From: Octopus bimaculoides
Taxonomy: Eukaryota
DNA length: 64,000 bases
Reading direction: 5' to 3'
Assembly (NCBI RefSeq): GCF_001194135.2
Contig: NC_069001.1
Coordinates: 29,497,830 to 29,561,829 of the forward strand
Each line of letters starts with the position of its first letter. Position 1 is the first letter of the stretch. Of this stretch, positions 26,514 to 40,449 are shown piece after piece. Under the pieces are notes generated by a model, which saw nothing but the letters and a program-made list of their open reading frames with translations, ran no database searches and was not told where the DNA came from. The translations under genes and the position numbers were made by a program.

Positions 26514-27339
26514 GTGTATGTGTGTGTGTGTGTGTGTATGGGTGTATGTGTGTGTGTGTGTGTATACACACGCACACACACATATGTATAAATATATTTA
26601 TAAGCTTTCATTTCTCTACATTATACGAAACTGTAAGAGAAATATTAATTATTAAGCAATTCGTGAAGAGCTACCCTGGCATTTCCTTCTACCATCTAAC
26701 ATGTAGCATAATGACAGAAACGGAAATAGATGAAACGGACGACATATACAAAGACACAAAGACAAAGAAACACGTACGCCTATACATGTGCACACGTATA
26801 CAAACTCACATGCCTTCACAAACACATACACACATCATCACACATATACTGAGCTACAAAATGAATACGAGAAAGACAATCTTACAGGAACACATTAATT
26901 ATTAAGTTGTATATGAGAGCATAACTTTATTCGGTTATGAAAGATGCAAACGAAACAAAGATATTCAAAGGAACTAAGAAATATTATCTAACATAAATAT
27001 TCGTTTAGCTGAGAAAGTGACAGAATTACAATATTTGACGCCTAGTATAAGAGAATATTACAGTAGCGCTTTGTTTTAAATATTTCATTTAAGTCTTGAT
27101 TTCCTGTTCATATTATACTTAAGTTAGATTCAAGTTTCTTCCTCACTGATAGCAGAACAACATCAACTTTCGACATGATAACATCATTATGATTGGGAAT
27201 GTACATTAATTTTCTTGTTTTTAATATTCAATTATTTGTTGTAGAGAGATTCAGTGTTAAACATGTGATGGGAGTTTATTTACATGACTGCAAATGATTC
27301 AAAGCAGTGTATAAAATTCTGTGACAGGAAAGATAAAAC

Positions 27340-27910
27340 TGTGCGATTGAAAACACGGAGAATATATGTGAAAGAGGCAATACTCCACCAAAGTATCCTG
27401 TAGGTATTCTCTTTGAAGCGATGCAAGGAAGGATGCCCAATACTAATAGTCATTTTCAGACTTTCTGCCACCAAAGTTAAGTCAACTCCAGAAATTGTTT
27501 GATGGTACTTGGTTGTACGACATAATGAAAATCACGCAATTTCAAATAAGATATTATTTTTGAATGACTGACTGGGAATTACGAGTAGGTGATTGCATAC
27601 ATGTTTATATTATTTTTCTACATGTATAACATTTTAACTCATTTCATGTAATGAAATGTGCGGTTGAAAACATGGAAAACATATGTGAAACAGGTTACTC
27701 TCCGCCAAAGTACACCAAGGCCTAGTAGGTACTCTGCCTTAAGCAAGGCAATGAAGGATATCCAATATTAATAAACATGTTTATTCTTTCTCTTACCACA
27801 CTTAAGTCAAACATGTTTTGTTTTACATGAGACTAAGTCAGAATAGATTATCCGACGGTACTTGGTTCACCAATATGTTAAAAGTCACGAACTTTCAAAT
27901 AAAATGATAT
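27340..27910 (+). repeat. Diverged tandem duplication (~220-250-bp units)
   Basis: 27340-27560 aligns to 27657-27910 (tgtgcg.ttgaaaaca.gga.aa.atatgtgaaa.agg…gacggtacttggtt…tttcaaataa). Confidence 0.75.
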
Positions 27911-28080
27911 TACATTATTTACATTTTACGGATATTGTCCTCATGTTGTTTGCTGTTTGTTGTTAATAATAATAATAATGATAATAATAATATGATAACA
28001 TCGAAAAATACCTTCGGAATGAGAACCCAGATTCGAAATTTCACCAAGACAACTGACAAAGGCTGGAGAGATCCTCAGCC
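27908..28080. mobile_element. Decayed PLE pseudo-LTR copy with inverted 3' piece
   Basis: 27962-28080 (+) (TAA)n-aacatcgaaaaatacc…accaagacaactgacaaaggctggagagatcctcagcc; 27908-27965 is the reverse complement of the unit's 3' part. Confidence 0.75.
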
Positions 28081-28983
28081 TCCGTTTTAATAAGATATCT
28101 CATCTGTTACAATATGTATTGAGCTCAATTTTCTCAATAGTTCGGTATTAGTAACGTAAACATTCATACACATATACATATCAAGGGCGTATATTCCGGA
28201 TGTGCTCGATGTGTGATGCACACCAATCGGAAAATGGTAAATTCCTTATACATATAAACCTTATGCATCAATTAAATCACAAATATTAATGCACACCTTT
28301 TGTTGTGCACCTGCTTGAAATATGGTGGTGTTTGGTGTGGCAGCACACCCAAAACAACAACAATCAAATGCCACATATATTCATATACACAGACATGAAT
28401 CAACTATATATGTATATAAATATATATGTGTGTGTAGATGCTTATATATATATGCGTGTGCACAATTTGTTAAGCGGTAGTGATAGACAAACACAGATAC
28501 AAAGACACACACGAGGGCGAGCATTCGCAAACACACAAATAAATAACTAACAATTCGTTGCAGCCGTTTCTAACGATTTTTTTGTTGTTGATAAATGAGT
28601 TCGTGATACTATTACAAAACACCGTTTCCTTCAGATGAATACGTAAATTTCACAAGCAAGGACATTTAAAATAATTGAAAATCCACAGCACATACATATT
28701 TAGTGATGCCACGAATGGCTCTTGCTGAAGAATGAGCTTACCCCAAGAGAGTCTACATTCAAGTGGAATAGCTGGAGGGGAGGAACACTATGACAAATCA
28801 CCCGAATGTCATTCTGTCAGTAAACGGAGGTTCGCATTCATATATAATTGTAGTGTGTGCATTATGATAACATCCTTGGTTCTTATGTAAATTGTTTGCT
28901 AACGTGGTAACTATTTATTAATTTTTTCCGTGTTACTTATACAACTTGAAACACACACACAAACACACATACACACATATATA

Positions 28984-30215
28984 CAGGGGTTGGACAAAAT
29001 AATGGAAACACCTTAAAATTTCAAAGAAATTAATTTTAATAATGGGGAGGACCAACTTTGACAGTAATTACAGCTTTAATTCTATGAGGCATGGACTCGT
29101 AGAAAGTTTGAAGTGTTTCCAAACGAATGTTTGTCCATTCTTCAGTTAAAACAGTCTCCAGGTCTTCTAGTGATGATCGTGGGGGATATCGACTCCGTAC
29201 TTGTTTTTCGAAAATGCACCATAACTTTTCAATAATATTGAGATGTGGGGACTATGATAGCCCGATAAGATGTTCAACTTCACTAGAATGTGCATCGTGC
29301 CATTCACTAACAAACTTTAGCTGTGTGAATAGGTGCATTAAATTCCCGAAAGATTGCGTTTTCCCCTGGAAAGAGTTCCGCAGCCATAAGATTAGTTTGA
29401 TCATATAAACAGCTTAAATATTCATGACTATAAATTTTGATACGAAGGGAAACCATTGGGCCAGCGGATTTCCAAGAAATAGCACCCTGCTTTATCATCA
29501 CCGATCCTCCTCCATGTCTAACAGTTGGAAGAAACCAGTCTGGGTCAAATGCCTCTGTTGGAAATAAGGTAAAGTATGACTCCTCTGAGCAAATAACATG
29601 CTTCCACTGCTCTACGGACCAATTCTGTAGATTTTTACTGCACGCTAAACGCTTTGCAACGTTTGTTTTTGAAAGTAGTGTTTTTCTGATTGCAGCCCTC
29701 CCGTAAAATCGGGCTTTGTGCAGCTCCCAGTAAACAGTTTTTGTGAAATCTGTGTTCTCGCGGTGGTCATTAACCATTGCAATAATTTCGAGAGCTGTAC
29801 TTTTGTAGTCCTTTCTAACAATTCGCGTAAGAGTCCGATGGTCTTTATTTCAAGCTTTTGGTTTTTTTCTGGAGTTTTGTTTTGACGAGGAATTTTTCCC
29901 TCTTTCTCGAAGGCTGTCATTACTTTTGAGACAGTACTTCTTGACACACCTAATGTTTCGGCTGTTCTCGTTACGCAAGTGCCTGCCAGCAATTTGACCT
30001 CTTTGAAATTGCGATAGATCGGTCATTTTCAAGAATTTTAATTACCTTTTCTAATGATATTTGAAAAGAAAGAGCAGTTTTAGCAAAGCGCAATAAGCAA
30101 CACTAATAATAAACCAAAAAAGCATAAAAATAAACAAGCTTTTGGCGGTTTTGTAGATATTTCAAAATTATGATGTTATGATGCTAGGTGTTTCCATTAT
30201 TTTGTCCAATCCTTT
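28984..30215 (-). mobile_element. Full-length decayed Tc1 (DD34E) DNA transposon
   Basis: 30-bp TIRs caggggttggacaaaataatggaaacacct (28984-29013) and 30186-30215 (3 mismatches), TA on both flanks. Confidence 0.93.
29036..30029 (-). pseudogene. Tc1 transposase pseudogene
   Basis: MTDLSQFQRGQIAG…LGVSRSTVSKVM…WKHVICSEESYFTLF…PTVRHGGGSVM…NAPIHTAK…PHLNIIEKLW…KVGPPHY*; frameshifts, stops, a small deletion, and both catalytic D positions altered. Confidence 0.92.
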
Positions 30216-30869
30216 TATATATGTATAAGACGCAAAGAAACATACACTTGAATAGATATATGGGAGTGTTTTTGTCGTAAAATATAATCATCTTTTTCTC
30301 TATACCCATCGATATTGTATCTCTCTACCCATTTATATATTGTGTGTCTATGCACATTTGTGTCGGTGGTGAGTCTAAGTGAATATATGTGTTCAAATAC
30401 ACACCATTACAAAACACATCATTGGAATAGGCTTAAACATTTCTCTAGAAATTCAATATACTCTAACTGTTTTCTATTGTTCGTTGAACAATGGAATGAC
30501 ACACAAACACCTGCTAAGGAAATTGTAAGAACGACAACAACAGCTACAATAACAATAACATTAACGATAACAAACATTATGTTTGAATGGAAATTCTAAT
30601 TGTTGTTGAGACTATTTGAAAATTTCATCAAAACTATAGAGGAAAAAAAAGTAAACAGAAATTTAAAATAGATGCATATTAAAATGGACGCATATGAGAG
30701 AAAAAAAAATGAGCATAAACGCACTGAATAAATTGCCTCCTTGTTCGGTTCGTACAGAGAAACACGTACAAACGCACAGCATACTCGCATATATAAACAT
30801 CTATTTAAATATGTTTGCGTGTGCGAGACTCTCCATCTTCGCGTGTCTCTCTACCTGTTTCTCCCACTC

Positions 30870-30917
<48 letters not shown>

Positions 30918-32370
30918 NNNNNNNNNNNNNNNNNNNNNNNNNNNNNNNNNNNNNNNNNNNNNNNNNNNNNNNNNNNNNNNNNNNNNNNNNNNNNNNNNNN
31001 NNNNNNNNNNNNNNNNNNNNNNNNNNNNNNNNNNNNNNNNNNNNNNNNNNNNNNNNNNNNNNNNNNNNNNNNNNNNNNNNNNNNNNNNNNNNNNNNNNNN
31101 NNNNNNNNNNNNNNNNNNNNNNNNNNNNNNNNNNNNNNNNNNNNNNNNNNNNNNNNNNNNNNNNNNNNNNNNNNNNNNNNNNNNNNNNNNNNNNNNNNNN
31201 NNNNNNNNNNNNNNNNNNNNNNNNNNNNNNNNNNNNNNNNNNNNNNNNNNNNNNNNNNNNNNNNNNNNNNNNNNNNNNNNNNNNNNNNNNNNNNNNNNNN
31301 NNNNNNNNTATATATATATATATATGTATATATATATAGTATGGAACACACTTGATGCGGCTTCCTAGGCTTGTCCCACATTTTAATTAAGTCGGACAAT
31401 TGAAAATTTACTACCTGATATCTTTTTTTTCTTTCTCGCAAGTGTTTGCCATTGTGTAGCGGATGGTGCTGCATCAAATAAGAATGTAAACTGCTTCCTC
31501 ATAGAAATTGCCAAAGTAGCGTCGCTACATCTAAATATATACACATTTTTACTTTAATTAAATATGATGCACATATGGAAAAATGTCTCTGCATGCACGC
31601 GGTCGTTAAGCTTACAAATCATGAACGTGGTTTTCAGAGCATATCTAGGTGCATGCGGACTTATGTTTTAATTTCATTATCCGCCACTTTATTTTCCCGC
31701 TGAAATGTTTGCGTTCGTCTATTCGATTCTGTCACTTTCGTTTTCAAACAGTCGTTTTCAAACTGTCCTTATAGAAGCAGATATTTTTCTTTTTCAATCT
31801 CAAATACATTTATATATACGTGTGGAATTTTCTATAGAGAGGGACGTAATTTGCAGTTTATGTACAGACACTGGAATAAAGAACATCTTTCAGTTTTCCC
31901 CATTTTCATACGTTGGTGTCTGAAATAGTGAAAACTCGTTTTTGATATGGAAAGAGAAATAAATACGTGAACGTTTTTTGTGAAGAAGGATGAATTATGC
32001 TCACCACAGTAAATGGACGGTTACAAACCCGCTGTGGGCGTCTAAAACAAAAATTCCACCTTTATAGGATATGTTTATGCATTTAGTCACACGGTGCAGA
32101 CAATAACTAACTCCCATGTGTTTGAACTTCGAGAACGGTTGTACCCTATATTGCTCTGCTAGGTGCCCTATATTCATTTCTGAATTTTGCTTTCTAGCCA
32201 TTGTTTTTTTAACAAACTTTCCTTCCCTCTTTCACCTCTTGCTACATGGCCCCGTATTTTCACACTTTTTATTAACTACCGCTCTATCGACCCACTCATG
32301 TACCCTATATTTCTATGTCTCATCCCCTTATTATTTCCCCTAAATTTATTTCCAATTACGTCTATCACAT

Positions 32371-32860
32371 AGGCGCAGATATGGCTGTGTGTTAACAAGT
32401 TAAGAAGTATGCTTACCAACCACATGGTTCCGGGTTCAGTCTTACTGCGTGACACCTTGGGCAAGTGTTTTCTACTATAACCTCGGGCCGACGAAATCCA
32501 TATAAGAAGGAAACTGAAAGAAGCCCGTCGTATAAATATATATGTGTGTGTGTGGTGTGGTGTGGTGTGGTGTGGTGTGGTGTGGTGTGGTGTGGTGTGG
32601 TGTGGTGTGGTGTGGTGTGGTGTGGTGTGGTGTGGTGTGGTGTGTGTGTGTGTGTGTGTGTGACTGTTTACGATCGTCCACCGCTTGAAAATCGGTGTTG
32701 GTATGTTTGTCTCATTAACCTAGCAGTTCGGCAAAAGATATCAATAGCATGAGTACCAGGTCTAACAAAAAAAATGAGTACTGGGGTCGATACATTCAAC
32801 TATAAATTCTTCAAGGTGATGCTCCAGCATGGCGACAGTCGAATGAAACAAGTAAAATAT
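32371..32860 (+). mobile_element. SINE family 1 with expanded (TGTGG)n spacer
   Basis: Head and core as at 23244; pentanucleotide array ~32550-32642. Confidence 0.85.
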
Positions 32861-33169
32861 AAATTATAGGAAAGAATAAATTCTGTTCAACCTATACAGA
32901 ATACGCTGTGAGCAACGAAATTACCTGACAGTTTATAGTATCTTCGCTAATTTAAAAAGGAAACTGCAAGAGAGTAACACCAGACAGACACATTAATCTG
33001 CTTAGAAAAAGCAATTCATACAATCATGGTATTCAATCTACATCCTCCCAGCTAATATAAATGCATTATTGATACACACGATCGCTATTTACTATGATAC
33101 AGCTGTTTTTTCAGCGGACCTGATGTTTATCTACCTTGCCACTGAAAGCAGTGCTATGTAAGAAAAATA

Positions 33170-33318
33170 AGGACGTGGTAAGCAACTTACTTTCCTACTA
33201 AATGGTTGTGGATTCAGTCCTACTGCGTGACACCTCGTGCAAGTGTTTTGTACTATAGCCCTCCGGCCGCCAAAAGCCTCGTGAGTGCATTTGGCAGACG
33301 GAAACTGGAAGAAGCTCG

Positions 33319-33366
<48 letters not shown>

Positions 33367-33572
33367 TTGTGTGTCCGTCCCCCAACATCGCTTGTCAACC
33401 AATGTTGGTGTATTTACGTCCCCAAAACTTAGCGGTTCTGGAATAGAGACCGAGATAATGAGTTCAAGGCTTACAAACGATAAGTCCTGGGGTAAATGCT
33501 TTCGACTAAAGGCGGTGCACTACCATGGCCGCCGTGAAATGACTGAAACAAATGAAAGAATAAAAGTATAAA
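33170..33572 (+). mobile_element. SINE family 1 with (TA)n spacer
   Basis: Same head, core and tail; ends aaagaataaaag. Confidence 0.8.
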
Positions 33573-35589
33573 ATTGCCGATCTCGAACTCAATGCGGAAA
33601 TGGAGACATCAAAGAGGAAGTAATCATCAGTAGCTTCTGAGTGCGTGAGTGAGTGAATGAGTGAGTGAGCGAGTGAATGAGTGAGACAATGAGTAGTTAA
33701 TGTGCAACTGTATCTGCATATATCCATGCATACAAGTAAACACATTTATTAGTTCATGTGTACAGACATGTTTGGAGTTTCGTGAATATATTTAAATAAA
33801 TGTATTTTCATATCTAATTCCTGAAGTGTCAAAAACAAATAATGGAATAAAAATATATCAAGCATCTCCATGGCTAATACTTCTACTGTTTCTATAAATA
33901 TATAATGGATTTATACATCAAAACTTATGGGAGATAACCTATTTGTGGTAGTTATTGAAGAGTATTTTCTTTAAGAGACCGTAGCAATATTTTTAACAAT
34001 TAAATTTAGTAAAAGGTACGAAGAACGCGATGATAACATTATTTTGTTATATCATATGGGTATACAATTCAGAAATAACAATTACACTACAGTTTGTTAA
34101 AGAATATCGTTTTTGTTACCACGTTATTTTTCTATAGATTAGTATAATTTGCAGATTATAATTTCAGTCGTAGTCAGGGATGTCGAGCTTAAGCATCCCT
34201 GATTTTCTCCTTTCCACAAAATATTGTAAATAAGAAATTGTTATAAAGACGGTCTGTCGGTACACAAACTGGACGGCGGTTACATATTATACCCAAAATA
34301 TACGCTATTGGATAGTTGACTTATCTAAAAGAAACAATTTACTCATATAACTCTTATCTATAAAACTCTTTGAAGACTCTTCAAACCAAAACGAGAAAAA
34401 CATTTTTATATAAGCGATTGGATACTTGATAAATCAAACTAAATCTACAATTCTTCTAGTTTTAATTCATCAAGATGTTTACAGAATCAAAAAAAAAAAA
34501 AAACAGAACTGTAATAACGAAATTAAAATACTAAAAAAAACCCTCAGAAAACATCAACAGGAAGAACAAACCTAAGTGATATTAACAGCTGTAAAAACTA
34601 TTGGAAGATAGCTTAGTATTGTTAAATTCAGTATGTTAAGAAGTCGGTTCTACACCACGTTCTATTTGCCAATCAGATTTTTAGTAATTCCATGCTGCAA
34701 GTAAACGGCTTCATATCTCTTTTGTCCACAATCTTTATTCTACAACTTCCATTTTTCACTTGAAAACGCACTACTAAAAGATTGCCGAGATATGTATAAT
34801 TAGATTTACAATTTTTGTTTTATTTAATTTTGTATGGCAGTAGTTTGCTTGATGGATTCATAGATTTAATGTTGTTGACTTTTTGTTTATATTTTTAGTT
34901 TGTTATCGTTGCATTTAATTTCTTTATGTGGCGTGTGTTCTCGAGAAGTCTTTAGAATTAATGAAGACATTTCATTAAAATGATGCCACATGCAATTTAT
35001 TTTCAATTCAATATATAATTCTATAATTAGAAATGACAGAAAAATGAATTAATTTTGAAAGAACATACAAATTTATAAAGAAAATCCTAATCCTAATACA
35101 ATTATAAAATAGAAAACAAAAATAATAATAGCGGAAAACTTTTAAACGTAATACGATGAGTAAAATAAATAAAAATAAAATTTAAAGATAGGATCATTAT
35201 TAGCATTATCTGGTCATTTTTATATATATTTTAGTTTCGTTGTTCTGTTTGATTTTCTTAATTAATAGAGAATGGTCAAACATTTGAAACTATATTTTTC
35301 TTGTTATCATATTCTGTCTTAGTTTCAAATAAAGCAACGTACCTCACTGTATGATAAAGGTCCCACTATTTTATCAATCTTGTATGAATCAATGGAAGAA
35401 CAACTTGAGCTTCACTGTCACGTGACTGAAGCATACATTAGTAGATGATGAAAATTCTATAGGAGCCGTTATTACTTATTTACATATCTGCATCTGTTTT
35501 TTTTCTTCATTAATAATTGCCATGACGTTGAATTAAAAATTATATAAACTAGATGTAGGTAAAAAACAAACAAAAAGCAACGCAAATTT

Positions 35590-35644
<55 letters not shown>

Positions 35645-36156
35645 CTATCTCTCTGTCTTTCCATCACTCTTCCTCTGTCTATCAACCTCTGAGAAAGACA
35701 TTCAGAAATAAAGAGTTAAATGCACAAATGTATGCAAAGCAAATAACAAAATTAAATGTAACATCGAACAGTCGTTTTATAATAGGGGAGATAATACGAA
35801 CATATTTAATGTAGAGATGACACGACATCTATACTCAAATTGTTGACGCAGAGGTAATGATCGCTAGACGGATACTGTTTTTATCAAGAAGGGAAGAAAA
35901 ACCTGGATGTATTCCCCTCTGGTTTCAACTATTCCATAATAAACCACAGGATACACAAAATTAATTAGTTACAAAAGATTCCTTAAGTATAATCGCTAAG
36001 TGTTGTGATAAAAATTTCTCTTTCACGTGACCATATGGAAGAACATTTTAGTTAAATGTAAGGGACAATATGCTACAAAAATAAATGAAGCGATATCAGT
36101 CATTGTCTAATGCACCTTACTGAGTCCTACTTCCAAAGGATGCATGCTTGAGAATT

Positions 36157-36330
36157 TTGGCTTGAAATTTTGGTACACAACCGGGAGGTTCGGGGAGGCG
36201 ATGAGTCGATTATATAAGTCGACCCATTGATCAATGGGTATGTATTGTACCGGCCTCAAAAAGATTGAATGTAAAGTCGACCACCGTGGAATTTATACCC
36301 AGAAATTAAAAACCGGTAAAACACCGCAAA
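36157..36330 (-). mobile_element. SINE family 2 (decayed)
   Basis: aaattttggtacacaacc…gagtcgattata…aaagtcgaccaccgtggaattt. Confidence 0.6.
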
Positions 36331-39300
36331 ACCATTATCTGTTAGCATCTTAAATGCGTCAAGCGTAAAGATAACCCGGAAAAAATACATATAGTGAGAA
36401 AAAAATATTTGGTTTTGATTCATAAAATATAATTCTAAGTAAATCTCTTGCTAGTTTTTTTTTTTTACTGTTGATGTTTTTAAGCAACATCTTATCTTGA
36501 GTTTAGCAGAACACTAGTAAAATTACTTAATGCAATTACAAAGAGGTATGTGATTATTTTATATAGTTCTTGAACGAATATATGCGAAATAGTAGCTCTA
36601 GTTTCGCATAGTTGTTGTAACTGTTAACTAAAATGCAGAGATTGACAGCTTATGTCACTGGGATTGGTCAAACTGATGTTGGTGCCTTTTTGAGAATCCC
36701 CAAAGATTCGGAAGTCGATTAAGACTGTTCATTATTTTTCCCCTCTACGGTTGAAGAGCACAATTAGCCCTCATTTTATAGGAACTATTTAGGTTTTATA
36801 TATTAATATCATACCTTGATATTGTGCGCACAGAGATCCTCGTTGACATGTTCCTGATATTTTTAAAATAGCGTGTTAACACTTAAGTTGTACAAATTAG
36901 TAACTCCAGTTTTCTGTAGCTACTGAAATTGTTCAGTATATGAAAGAGATTGGCCGTTTGTTTCTCTTAATTTTGTTACATTTATGTAGACGCCTCTGAT
37001 GATAATCTAACGTGATTGGAAAATCGAGTAAGGTTAGTCATTTTTTTTTTATTTACAGAGGAACAGCTTAATTATCACGGTTTATGTAGATATTATTTTG
37101 ACATCGTGTATAGTCATACATCATCATATACGAGAAGGGAACAATATTAAATATGCTGAGGTGAAATTAATTAGGTAGCGTTATTTTAACCATGTACCAT
37201 TGTTTTAGAATGGACAAATTAAGTAAAATCTTCGACGAATTAATTGGCATATAATGAGAAATGCCCACATTAATTGCTGCCTCCGCTCAACATTCGTGTG
37301 CAAGCTTAGCCTATCTTACCTGCGCACGCACATATTTAGACACGCACACACGCATACATACATATATAGCCATTTAGACACAGCAAGCGAATAATAATTG
37401 CTTTTATACCGACGTAATCGTAAATATGACGCAAATACTAAAAGCGGGTTCCTTGTCCCCTATTCCTTCGGAGATGGGAAGAGAAGTTCCATTAGATGTG
37501 ATGAGGACATATTTATAAAACTGTGCTTTGAAATGTCAGTGAGATTTGGAGATAGCTTTTGAAAAAGAAAGCAATCAAGTAAATGTTCCAATTTTTTTCG
37601 TAAAACTGTTCATCTAAATTTGTTCGAAGAGCGAACCTGTAATTTATTGTTTATCATAAATGTACAAGGATCTCTTGTTTACTCTATTGACAGCAACATC
37701 GTGTTTGTATTATCAGATCAATAATTTGAAAAATTCCAGGACACGTGTGATCTAGTAATACAACTGAACAATGTAATTCTACTTTCAAAATGCAGATGCA
37801 AACCAAACATGATTATTCTGTTGCTTGTGAGCCGTTAATCAATGTTCCGTCAGAATAAATATTTCTTAGCCACGTTTTCACGTGCGTGTAGTGTTCACTG
37901 TCAAGACGGAAGTGCGTAATTTCAAGGAAACTGATGGCACATTTATCACGTCATATTGCAATGTAATGTGTTTTACAGTGGATCTACGTGTATTATGGCA
38001 TGAACCGTTGTCGATCTCATAATATTTGTTTTCTACAGACAAACACTCATCTTGTAATGTAGAGACTTAGAGACTTGTCTCTACTCGTCCAAACCCAGTG
38101 ACTATGCATTTCTTGTCCCAACTCAGTTATATTCTGAAACTGTATACCAGAGTCCTACCAATATATAACAAAAGATATATGACACATTATTCACGTCGAA
38201 TATTCTACATCTACTACTCAGACTTGGATTAATGCATCAACAAAACTTATAGATTATACGTTTATGTAAATATTTCAGACTTATATTGCATAATTTTTCC
38301 TGTTTTGATTCTGTTAGATATATTAAGAGATAATTGTATTGTTTAAGTTATGTATATATTCAGTATATTTTAAACATATATACAGATGTAGGTCTTGATG
38401 GCTTACGAACACAAATACCGTGAGCTGTAAATGTAAACGAAAAAAAAAAAAAGAAAAATCTAGAAAGTCTTCAAACGATAAGTTTTCCAGAAATTCTTCC
38501 GTGGAACGAATATATTTTATTATGAAGTTGTTTATCGTTTTCGATAAACAGATCTGGTTTCAAATAGAGTCCACCAATAACAATATTGTCAAGTTGCTTA
38601 CAAACAGGTAATCGAGAAATATGACATTGAAATTGCAATTATTTATTATTTAGGTATCACCAGATGATTTAAAGGAGATATGGCTGGTCAACATAAGATG
38701 TTGCATGAACCATTTCAATGGTTCCTTACTGTTTCGGTAAAGTGAACAAAACTCATAAGACGTTTACTAATAGATCTCTGTAAATGAAATAGAGTAATTC
38801 ATCATTTACTTTCGCAAGAACGAGAGGCAATGAGAATTGATGATTCATACATATACACAGACCCCCGCATATATATATATATATATATTTCCATGTCAAA
38901 GGCGTACAAAACTATATGTGTGTGCGAGAATAGGTATGTTAGATGCTTATATGGTGGTGTTTATTTAGGTTTGCGTTGAGGAATAGTTTAGAATGCGTTC
39001 TCATGTACATGTATTTCTGGAACCTTATTTATGCCTACGAATCGTATTTGTGGTGATGAAGCAAGCTTTGGACAGATATATAGAAAAAGAAGAAAACAAA
39101 AACAATATAAACACGTTTCTGCTCATTCATAGACATAGACAAATATAGTGGAAAAGAAGAACATAGCCAATGTAACGAAAAAAAGAATTCACCAAAAACA
39201 TTGCGTAAAAGACTTCTGTATATTTCTGTGTGCGTGTGGTGTGTTTGTGTATACGTATGTATGTGTGTGTGGGGGGATGTTTATAAAACGTGCATATTCT

Positions 39301-39535
39301 TTCTGAGTAATCGGTTCAATTCAATATGTCTGATACTCAGAGGAAACACAAAACAAAAACCGGATGTAAACATTATAGAGTGACCTATATTTGATGAATA
39401 GACAAGCAAGAGTTTATAAAAAAACTCTTAAAACAGCATAGTAAAGCTGATGTGTATTAATGTTTAAAGAAATACACACAGGCATAGATAGTTACACATA
39501 CAACTACAAAGCGGTATACATGTATGCATGTAGAA

Positions 39536-39576
<41 letters not shown>

Positions 39577-39619
39577 AATATGTACATGTATCAGTAATTG
39601 TATATACATTTATATATAC

Positions 39620-39668
<49 letters not shown>

Positions 39669-39678
39669 NNNNNNNNNN

Positions 39679-39736
<58 letters not shown>

Positions 39737-40449
39737 CGTATATTTATTTCAAATCATGTTTCTTTAGTCACGGTTCATGTCTACTTTTGATATGACTATT
39801 CTTTTTACTTGGTTTGTCATATAATGTGGCGTGTAACTTGGTAATATGCAAGCGACGAAGCTTTCTCTGTCATACAATGACAGAATTGCAATCAAAATTA
39901 TTAGAAATCACGACACACGGAGAGAATATATTAACAGTAAATATTCATTCTCTACAGATATGATGAACAAACACACAGACTTATATACATGTATATATAT
40001 AGATATATAAATATCTATATATATATATGTATCTGTAAATATGTACGAATACATACACAAATACAGACACACACACACACGCATATACAGAGAGAGTGAT
40101 AGAGAGAGACAGAGAGGGAGAGAGATAGGTAGATACATAAAGAGATAGACAAACTGATAGATGTATGTATATCTTATACAATTATACAAATGTGTCGTTA
40201 TCATATGGCAAAGTTTAGAAATTAAAGTTTCCATGAAAACATGTCTGGTATGCAAATGTTTCCGGTTATATAATGTATAGAAATATGCACTACATGGTGC
40301 AAAAATGTGTGTCTGTGTGTCTATCTGTGTGCGTGTTTGTCTCCGTGTCTGTATATAGTGTGGGTGTTGAGGATTAGATTTTACAGTGTAGCAAACAAAA
40401 AGAAGACACGATATTCCATCCATAAATCGATGTATTTCATAAACTCAAA

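Noticed and set aside
32550-32642. Regular repeat arrays checked as possible CRISPR or telomere arrays
   Set aside because: Simple (TGTGG)n without spacers, inside a SINE; no cas genes.
34174-34202. 9-bp stem hairpin followed by a T/C run (terminator-like); similar short stems at 57285-57320 and ~38060
   Set aside because: Eukaryotic context and expected by chance; no CTRR Helitron end follows.
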